DNA from: Eledone cirrhosa
Lineage: Eukaryota
DNA: 64,000 nucleotides
Assembly (NCBI GenBank): GCA_964016885.1
Contig: OZ024741.1
Span: 330,770,001 to 330,834,000, forward strand
Reading direction: 5' to 3'
Shown: one piece after another, positions 53,601-64,000 of the stretch
How positions within the stretch are numbered: the first letter of the stretch is position 1
Layout of the letters: every line of letters begins with the position of its first letter
The notes under the pieces: model-generated
What the model was told of the DNA's origin: nothing
Databases searched by the model: none
What the model saw: the letters and a program-made list of their open reading frames with translations, nothing else
Translations under genes and position numbers: made by a program

Positions 53601-53994
53601 GTAATAGTCTGGTAGTTAATGAAAATATATATTATGAAGTATATTAAGCAGTTGAAGTATACAATAGAGTTATATCTGTAAATATAGTGTGTCAGAAAAT
53701 ATGAAATTGAAAAAAAGGCAAAACACCTTAATTAATTAACAATATGAGCGCTAATTATATGCAAATTAGTACATCTATTTCAAATGCTACTAGGAGCAAA
53801 TGGGTATATGTTTTTTCTTGTGGTTGTTTAGATGATATACACACTAATAAGGGCTGAATCAATTAAAGGTGTTTATCATTTTTTTTTCAATTTACAGGGA
53901 AATTTGTATTTTCTAACATGTTTACTTGTCTACATATGAAACTGTGCATACATATTTATATACACATTGGTGCAGTCTTGGTTACCCACTGTAT

Positions 53995-55090
<1,096 letters not shown>

Positions 55091-55623
55091 GGTGTAAGTG
55101 CACTAAATCCCTTTCTATCAATCTCCCCTCTCCTACCGACCACAGGGAGATATATGTATGTATATTGCTCCACCTCCTCACTGACCAGCAGCTGGCCATC
55201 TGGCCATTGCTAAATCTGACCTTTATAAAATAACCCACACCCCCAAATAACTTCTCATTCACTACCAGAAAGGCACACAGCAGTCAACTAGCTGCTACCA
55301 AGATGAAAACTACTATGAAATCCCACAATGAATTTTATACTTGAATTTTCAAATCTCAAATTTTAACTCTTCTTATTATTAATTTTTCTTAATATTAATC
55401 AACATTTGAAAAGATGGCTTTTACAGACCCATCGAAACCGGTCATTTTTTATACCCTTTATTATTTCCTTACCTTATAAAATTATATGTTTTTTCACAAA
55501 AAAGTATTCTGTCTCTTATATATTCCATGTGCCATTACCAACCTCAATTTTCTCTATAATCTTCGTTTTGTGTAGTAAATTACACTTTTCATATATTTAT
55601 ATATATATATATTTATATATATA

Positions 55624-56200
55624 TATGAAAGTCGATAGCTGTATAACAAAGTGCAGGGCAATAAAGATAGACGGTAGCCACGGAATAGGCAGACCTAGAA
55701 AAACCTGGGACGAGCTGATAAACTCCGACCTCACACACTTACACCTCTCCAAGACAATGTCACTGGACCGAGACCTTTGGCGGTACTCAGTAACAGAGAA
55801 GACCCGCCTTACCTAAATACATAGTAAAACCTACTACAGCCAGTAGGCATCTCTAACAAAATACACCCTGTCCCACCACCCCCCACCCCATCCACACCAC
55901 CCCCTTCTATGTAAAGTTATGTTGGTGCCACGCCATCCAGGCCGAAACAAATGAGATCGTGTAGGTGTCACGACAAAAAAACACACAGTCCACGCTGTAA
56001 TGTGGCCGTGTAGGCAACACGGTAAAAACCTCCCAGACCCACACTGTAAATGTGGTTGGTGTTAGGAAGGGCATCCAACTGTAGAAAACCTGCCAGACAG
56101 TCCTATGCGAGCAAGACAATCACTCTTGCCTCAAGTGGGAATACCCCCGTCCAAACCCATGCAAGCGTGGAACACAGACGTTAAACGTTGATGATGATGA
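55624..56200 (+). mobile_element. Short 5'-truncated RTE-group LINE (subfamily A)
   Basis: MKVDSCITKCRAIKIDGSHGIGRPRKTW..., 3'UTR and (GAT)n tail; inside (TA)n. Confidence 0.92.
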
Positions 56201-56202
56201 TT

Positions 56203-56237
<35 letters not shown>

Positions 56238-56240
56238 ATT

Positions 56241-56277
<37 letters not shown>

Positions 56278-56290
56278 ATTTATATATATA

Positions 56291-57685
56291 TTTTGTTATA
56301 CTTTGGGAGGGTCATGTTGCCAATAAGAAAAACACGCACCAGTTGCTTTCACTTCAATTTATTATATATTTATAAATTTATAAATTTACAAATCTACAAA
56401 TCTATAAATTTCTGGTTGGTTGGTTGGTTCCACAACCAGATAGTTGTTTATATATAGTCATAGTCCTTTCGTCACGCACTCTGTGACCTCTTCAGTGACT
56501 GGGGATTCCTTTCTTTGTTTCTGTGCCTTTCCTTTCTTCTGTCCTACGCCATTTTGTTTCTGTGTGTGTGTTGTGTGCTCAGTTTGCGCATGCGCCACAT
56601 CCGGGTGTCTGTGTGTGTTTGTGTTCATTTATCTATTTGTTTATTTATTTACATGTTGTTGGTTGGTTGTTTGTTCTATGTGTGTGTGTGTTTTCATTTT
56701 GTCCTTAATTGTAAGTTGTGATGTTGCTGTTCCACTCATCTTTTCTATTTAATTTTGGTTGTAATTCTTTTATGCTTACTGCCTCTGTAATTTGCCTAAA
56801 CATTGCATCTTTTCTGTGTGTGGATTCTATTTTTATTTCTATGTTCTCTAATTTACCCTTGTGTTCTATCTTAGCATGTTGGTAGAGTACAGATGATTCT
56901 TTATTATCTTGAAGGTCTCGCCAGTGTTCATTTATGGAACGGATAAATGAACACTGGCGAGACCTTCAAGATAATAAAGAATCATCTGTACTCTACCAAC
57001 ATGCTAAGATAGAACACAAGGGTAAATTAGAGAACATAGAAATAAAAATAGAATCCACACACAGAAAAGATGCAATGTTTAGGCAAATTACAGAGGCAGT
57101 AAGCATAAAAGAATTACAACCAAAATTAAATAGAAAATATGAATTACAACCAAATAAAAGAATTACAACCAAAATTAAATAGAAAAGATGAGTGGAACAG
57201 CAACATCACAACTTACAATTAAGGACAAAATGAAAACACACACACACATAGAACAAACAACCAACCAACAACATGTAAATAAATAAACAAATAGATAAAT
57301 GAACACAAACACACACAGACACCCGGATGTGGCGCATGCGCAAACTGAGCATACAACACACACACAGAAACAAAATGGCGTAGGACAGAAGAAAGGAAAG
57401 GCACAGAAACAAAGAAAGGAATCCCCAGTCACTGAAGAGGTCACAGAGTGTGTGACGAAAGGACTATGACTATATATAAACAACTATCTGGTTGTGGAAC
57501 CAACCAACCAACCAGAAATTTATAGATTTGTAGATTTGTAAATTTATAAATATATAATAAATTGAAGTGAAAGCAACTGGTGCGTGTGTTTCTTATTGGC
57601 AACATGACCCTCCCAAAGTATAACAATATCGGTTTCAACACACGATTTCAGATAAAGAATCTTGCTAAACAAATTCAGAAACGAA

Positions 57686-57687
<2 letters not shown>
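56291..57687 (+). mobile_element. Second Penelope-like element forming a ~1.3-kb palindrome centred at ~56939
   Basis: 56292-56933 is the reverse complement of 56944-57625; ORF ERINEHWRD...SVLYQHAKIEH...RQITEAVSIKELQPKLNR is a GIY-YIG C-terminus; hammerheads in both arms. Confidence 0.85.
57427..57471 (+). ncRNA. Minimal hammerhead ribozyme motif (mirror copy 56456-56500, -)
   Basis: agtca-CTGAAGA-ggtcac agagtgt gtgac-GAAA-ggac-TA^-tgact. Confidence 0.68.
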
Positions 57688-57717
<30 letters not shown>

Positions 57718-58033
57718 ATTTATATATATATATATTTATATATATATATATTTATATATATATATATTTATATATATATATTTATATATATATTTATATA
57801 TATATATTTATGCTTTCATATATTTTTCTATCTGTATATCTGTTTGACCCGAAATAGGAGATCGAATCTTCGCTGTGTGGATAATTAGTTTAACCACCAT
57901 CTAAGTGTGTTTGGCCTTTAACGTAAGTTGTAAGCTCTAATTCTTTTGAATTATTGAGCGCTTGCCTCACAATTCGAAAGTGTTTTTTCGTTATTTCATA
58001 GGCTGAAATTCGATTCTCGCTAATTTTTACTTG

Positions 58034-58066
<33 letters not shown>

Positions 58067-58180
58067 TTATATATATATATATTTATATATATATAAATAT
58101 ACAGATACCTCAGGCACAGAAAGTGATTATCGCTAAATGCTGATGTTGGTTAGATTATCAATATTAGTATTATTGGAGCA

Positions 58181-58307
58181 CCCACTGATGAATTATAGGA
58201 GCCCACTTGAATATATATCTATTGATGGTATACAAGCTCCTACATAAATTGGTATAATTTCACCCAAATTGTAGGAATCCTATATTGAAACGAGACGTCC
58301 GTCTGGG
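58181..58307 (+). ncRNA. Hammerhead ribozyme motif with an unusually long stem II insert
   Basis: ccca-CTGATGA-attatagga...(~75 nt)...tcctatatt-GAAA-cg agacgtc c-GTC^-tggg. Confidence 0.6.
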
Positions 58308-58517
58308 AAGAGATATATTAGATATGTCTCATTTGAAATAATACAGCCAATTTTCCACGCAATACTTTTAGTTAGCACCCCGAACACATAATTGGGAATA
58401 TAATCACTTAATTCCTAATGTTTGTTGAGTGAGTTGGAATTTGACCGGAGTATCGCTAAAAAGCTTTCTCCGATATTGTATTTATTATATATATATTTAT
58501 ATATAATAAATACAATA

Positions 58518-58808
58518 TGCCCCCCCCCCCCCACCGCAAGGTGGTCGTGGAGGTGCCACGGCAAAAAAGCACCCAGCCCACACTGTAAAGTGGACGTGTA
58601 GGCGCCACGAAAAAGCACCCAGCACTCACTGTAAATGAGGTTGGTGTTAGGAAGGGCATCCAGCTGTAGAAATCAAGCCAGATCAGTTCCTGTATGAGCA
58701 AGGCATGGTCAGCCGACCAGACACTGCCCACAACAGGACAACCCGTCTAACCCATGCTAGCGTGGAAGAACGGACGTAAAACGGTGATGATGATGATGAT
58801 GATGATGA
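58518..58808 (+). mobile_element. RTE-group LINE (subfamily B) 3'UTR with (GAT)n tail
   Basis: Reverse complement of 34455-34745; abuts the tandem array. Confidence 0.88.
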
Positions 58809-59132
58809 TATTTAGTTGAAAAAAAAAATGAAAACGGAATTTCATTTCTCACTCTTAGTATGGCACTTACTTAAATGTAAGTATGTATGTATACGTACAT
58901 ACATATATGTATACAGACGTACAGTAGCATGCATATATATATACATATACATATATATATATATATATATATACATATATACACATATGCATACAGGTAC
59001 ACATACATATATGCACGCATCAGTTTAGCCTACGTTTATTATAACGCCGGCCGCTTTGTTCGTTTGTTTGTCAACAAAGCGAACAGCCTGAATTTATGCC
59101 ATACGGTGTTAAGGCAACCACGTCACCTTTTT

Positions 59133-59219
59133 GTTCAACACTGACACAGGAACGATGTACTAGTTTCAAGCTTGTTAGCTATCATCAGCACCGTTTACCC
59201 ATCTGCCAGATAGTTGAAC
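59133..59219 (-). ncRNA. Type I hammerhead ribozyme with extended stem I (unit 1; the same motif is in all 10 full units)
   Basis: Minus strand: guucaac..cuggc..ggg ua aacggug-CUGAUGA-u agcu aaca agcu u-GAAA-cua-GUA^-caucguu ccu..gucag u guugaac; core at 59182-59188 and 59164-59167; predicted cleavage between 59158 and 59157. Confidence 0.82.
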
Positions 59220-59268
59220 GTTCGAAAGTATATACTTTCCTTATGAAAATTAACGGCTGAGCAGCCTA

Positions 59269-59276
59269 ATTTGCAT
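59269..59276. promoter_or_regulatory. Octamer motif ATTTGCAT/ATGCAAAT in every array unit
   Basis: Exact POU/Oct-1 octamer ~80 nt upstream of the hammerhead core on the minus strand. Confidence 0.5.
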
Positions 59277-59447
59277 ATTGAGTGAGTTAAATCGGTCAGG
59301 CATACCGAAAACGATTAGTTGAAAAAAAAAATGAAAACGGAATTTCATTTCTCACTCTTAGTATGGCACTTACTTAAATGTAAGTATGTATGTATACGTA
59401 CATACATATATGTATACAGACGTACAGTAGCATGCATATATATATAC

Positions 59448-59484
<37 letters not shown>

Positions 59485-59953
59485 TACACATATGCATACA
59501 GGTACACATACATATATGCACGCATCAGTTTAGCCTACGTTTATTATAACGCCGGCCGCTTTGTTCGTTTGTTTGTCAACAAAGCGAACAGCCTGAATTT
59601 ATGCCATACGGTGTTAAGGCAACCACGTCACCTTTTTGTTCAACACTGACACAGGAACGATGTACTAGTTTCAAGCTTGTTAGCTATCATCAGCACCGTT
59701 TACCCATCTGCCAGATAGTTGAACGTTCGAAAGTATATACTTTCCTTATGAAAATTAACGGCTGAGCAGCCTAATTTGCATATTGAGTGAGTTAAATCGG
59801 TCAGGCATACCGAAAACGATTAGTTGAAAAAAAAAAATGAAAACGGAATTTCATTTCTCACTCTTAGTATGGCACTTACTTAAATGTAAGTATGTATGTA
59901 TACGTACATACATATATGTATACAGACGTACAGTAGCATGCATATATATATAC

Positions 59954-59990
<37 letters not shown>

Positions 59991-60957
59991 TACACATATG
60001 CATACAGGTACACATACATATATGCACGCATCAGTTTAGCCTACGTTTATTATAACGCCGGCCACTTTGTTCGTTTGTTTGTCAACAAAGCGAACAGCCT
60101 GAATTTATGCCATACGGTGTTAAGGCAACCACGTCACCTTTTTGTTCAACACTGACACAGGAACGATGTACTAGTTTCAAGCTTGTTAGCTATCATCAGC
60201 ACCGTTTACCCATCTGCCAGATAGTTGAACGTTCGAAAGTATATACTTTCCTTATGAAAATTAACGGCTGAGCAGCCTAATTTGCATATTGAGTGAGTTA
60301 AATCGGTCAGGCATACCGAAAACGATTAGTTGAAAAAAAAAATGAAAACGGAATTTCATTTCTCACTCTTAGTATGGCACTTACTTAAATGTAAGTATGT
60401 ATGTATACGTACATACATATATGTATACAGACGTACAGTAGCATGCATATATATATACATATACATATATATATATATATATACATATATACACATATGC
60501 ATACAGGTACACATACATATATGCACGCATCAGTTTAGCCTACGTTTATTATAACGCCGGCCGCTTTGTTCGTTTGTTTGTCAACAAAGCGAACAGCCTG
60601 AATTTATGCCATACGGTGTTAAGGCAACCACGTCACCTTTTTGTTCAACACTGACACAGGAACGATGTACTAGTTTCAAGCTTGTTAGCTATCATCAGCA
60701 CCGTTTACCCATCTGCCAGATAGTTGAACGTTCGAAAGTATATACTTTCCTTATGAAAATTAACGGCTGAGCAGCCTAATTTGCATATTGAGTGAGTTAA
60801 ATCGGTCAGGCATACCGAAAACGATTAGTTGAAAAAAAAAATGAAAACGGAATTTCATTTCTCACTCTTAGTATGGCACTTACTTAAATGTAAGTATGTA
60901 TGTATACGTACATACATATATGTATACAGACGTACAGTAGCATGCATATATATATAC

Positions 60958-60994
<37 letters not shown>

Positions 60995-61462
60995 TACACA
61001 TATGCATACAGGTACACATATATATATGCACGCATCAGTTTAGCCTACGTTTATTATAACGCCGGCCGCTTTGTTCGTTTGTTTGTCAACAAAGCGAACA
61101 GCCTGAATTTATGCCATACGGTGTTAAGGCAACCACGTCACCTTTTTGTTCAACACTGACACAGGAACGATGTACTAGTTTCAAGCTTGTTAGCTATCAT
61201 CAGCACCGTTTACCCATCTGCCAGATAGTTGAACGTTCGAAAGTATATACTTTCCTTATGATAATTAACGGCTGAGCAGCCTAATTTGCATATTGAGTGA
61301 GTTAAATCGGTCAGGCATACCGAAAACGATTAGTTGAAAAAAAAAATGAAAACGGAATTTCATTTCTCACTCTTAGTATGGCACTTACTTAAATGTAAGT
61401 ATGTATGTATACGTACATACATATATGTATACAGACGTACAGTAGCATGCATATATATATAC

Positions 61463-61501
<39 letters not shown>

Positions 61502-61970
61502 TACACATATGCATACAGGTACACATACATATATGCACGCATCAGTTTAGCCTACGTTTATTATAACGCCGGCCGCTTTGTTCGTTTGTTTGTCAACAAA
61601 GCGAACAGCCTGAATTTATGCCATACGGTGTTAAGGCAACCACGTCACCTTTTTGTTCAACACTGACACAGGAACGATGTACTAGTTTCAAGCTTGTTAG
61701 CTATCATCAGCACCGTTTACCCATCTGCCAGATAGTTGAACGTTCGAAAGTATATACTTTCCTTATGAAAATTAACGGCTGAGCAGCCTAATTTGCATAT
61801 TGAGTGAGTTAAATCGGTCAGGCATACCGAAAACGATTAGTTGAAAAAAAAAAATGAAAACGGAATTTCATTTCTCACTCTTAGTATGGCACTTACTTAA
61901 ATGTAAGTATGTATGTATACGTACATACATATATGTATACAGACGTACAGTAGCATGCATATATATATAC

Positions 61971-62011
<41 letters not shown>

Positions 62012-62979
62012 TACACATATGCATACAGGTACACATACATATATGCACGCATCAGTTTAGCCTACGTTTATTATAACGCCGGCCACTTTGTTCGTTTGTT
62101 TGTCAACAAAGCGAACAGCCTGAATTTATGCCATACGGTGTTAAGGCAACCACGTCACCTTTTTGTTCAACACTGACACAGGAACGATGTACTAGTTTCA
62201 AGCTTGTTAGCTATCATCAGCACCGTTTACCCATCTGCCAGATAGTTGAACGTTCGAAAGTATATACTTTCCTTATGAAAATTAACGGCTGAGCAGCCTA
62301 ATTTGCATATTGAGTGAGTTAAATCGGTCAGGCATACCGAAAACGATTAGTTGAAAAAAAAAATGAAAACGGAATTTCATTTCTCACTCTTAGTATGGCA
62401 CTTACTTAAATGTAAGTATGTATGTATACGTACATACATATATGTATACAGACGTACAGTAGCATGCATATATATATACATATACATATATATATATATA
62501 TATACATATATACACATATGCATACAGGTACACATACATATATGCACGCATCAGTTTAGCCTACGTTTATTATAACGCCGGCCGCTTTGTTCGTTTGTTT
62601 GTCAACAAAGCGAACAGCCTGAATTTATGCCATACGGTGTTAAGGCAACCACGTCACCTTTTTGTTCAACACTGACACAGGAACGATGTACTAGTTTCAA
62701 GCTTGTTAGCTATCATCAGCACCGTTTACCCATCTGCCAGATAGTTGAACGTTCGAAAGTATATACTTTCCTTATGAAAATTAACGGCTGAGCAGCCTAA
62801 TTTGCATATTGAGTGAGTTAAATCGGTCAGGCATACCGAAAACGATTAGTTGAAAAAAAAAAATGAAAACGGAATTTCATTTCTCACTCTTAGTATGGCA
62901 CTTACTTAAATGTAAGTATGTATGTATACGTACATACATATATGTATACAGACGTACAGTAGCATGCATATATATATAC

Positions 62980-63016
<37 letters not shown>

Positions 63017-64000
63017 TACACATATGCATACAGGTACACATACATATATGCACGCATCAGTTTAGCCTACGTTTATTATAACGCCGGCCGCTTTGTTCGT
63101 TTGTTTGTCAACAAAGCGAACAGCCTGAATTTATGCCATACGGTGTTAAGGCAACCACGTCACCTTTTTGTTCAACACTGACACAGGAACGATGTACTAG
63201 TTTCAAGCTTGTTAGCTATCATCAGCACCGTTTACCCATCTGCCAGATAGTTGAACGTTCGAAAGTATATACTTTCCTTATGAAAATTAACGGCTGAGCA
63301 GCCTAATTTGCATATTGAGTGAGTTAAATCGGTCAGGCATACCGAAAACGATTAGTTGAAAAAAAAAATGAAAACGGAATTTCATTTCTCACTCTTAGTA
63401 TGGCACTTACTTAAATGTAAGTATGTATGTATACGTACATACATATATGTATACAGACGTACAGTAGCATGCATATATATATACATATACATATATATAT
63501 ATATATATACATATATATACATATGCATACAGGTACACATACATATATGCACGCATCAGTTTAGCCTACGTTTATTATAACGCCGGCCGCTTTGTTCGTT
63601 TGTTTGTCAACAAAGCGAACAGCCTGAATTTATGCCATACGGTGTTAAGGCAACCACGTCACCTTTTTGTTCAACACTGACACAGGAACGATGTACTAGT
63701 TTCAAGCTTGTTAGCTATCATCAGCACCGTTTACCCATCTGCCAGATAGTTGAACGTTCGAAAGTATATACTTTCCTTATGAAAATTAACGGCTGAGCAG
63801 CCTAATTTGCATATTGAGTGAGTTAAATCGGTCAGGCATACCGAAAACGATTAGTTGAAAAAAAAAATGAAAACGGAATTTCATTTCTCACTCTTAGTAT
63901 GGCACTTACTTAAATGTAAGTATGTATGTATACGTACATACATATATGTATACAGACGTACAGTAGCATGCATATATATATACATATACATATATATATA

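Larger units (their letters stand above)
58811..64000 (-). repeat. Tandem array of ~503-bp hammerhead-containing units (candidate retrozyme satellite), 10 full units plus a partial one, continuing past the window
   Basis: Unit starts 58816, 59319, 59824, 60330, 60829, 61334, 61841, 62351, 62850, 63356, 63855 (499-510 bp); differences are nearly all (TA)n or A-run length. Confidence 0.95.

Noticed and set aside
58816-63580. Repeated ORFs [23 protein letters not shown]... in each array unit
   Set aside because: They run through (TA)n tracts whose length varies between units and shifts the frame, so there is no coding constraint
58811-64000. Array as a 5S rRNA, snRNA, spliced-leader RNA or CRISPR locus
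   Set aside because: Only short chance matches (gcctacg, gccatac, an Sm-like aatttatg); no 5S internal boxes or snRNA body, and no unique spacers. The hammerhead fold explains the unit better

Overview
AT-rich, microsatellite-dense animal genomic DNA. The repeat families look like those of a coleoid cephalopod (Octopus-like); this is an inference. The left half (1-33 kb) holds four spliced genes reconstructed with GT-AG boundaries and consistent phases: the last exon of an ABCB10-like mitochondrial ABC transporter (+), TMEM230 (-, 115 aa), COX15 (+, 9 coding exons, ~438 aa) divergent from TMEM230 across an NRF-1/E-box promoter, and a C10orf88/PAAT homologue (+, ~314 aa). The right half (34-64 kb) is a transposon cluster: many 5'-truncated RTE-group LINEs whose RT carries an inserted PHD-like C4HC3 finger, two Penelope-like elements with inverted-repeat structure and GIY-YIG remnants, a non-autonomous Helitron and a CR1-like fragment. 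The main finding is at 58.8-64 kb: a near-perfect tandem array of ~503-bp units, each with a minus-strand type I hammerhead ribozyme fold and an octamer motif, i.e. a candidate retrozyme/ribozyme satellite. Seven more hammerhead-like motifs lie in or near Penelope-like remnants. All RNA structures were paired by eye and none has been tested.
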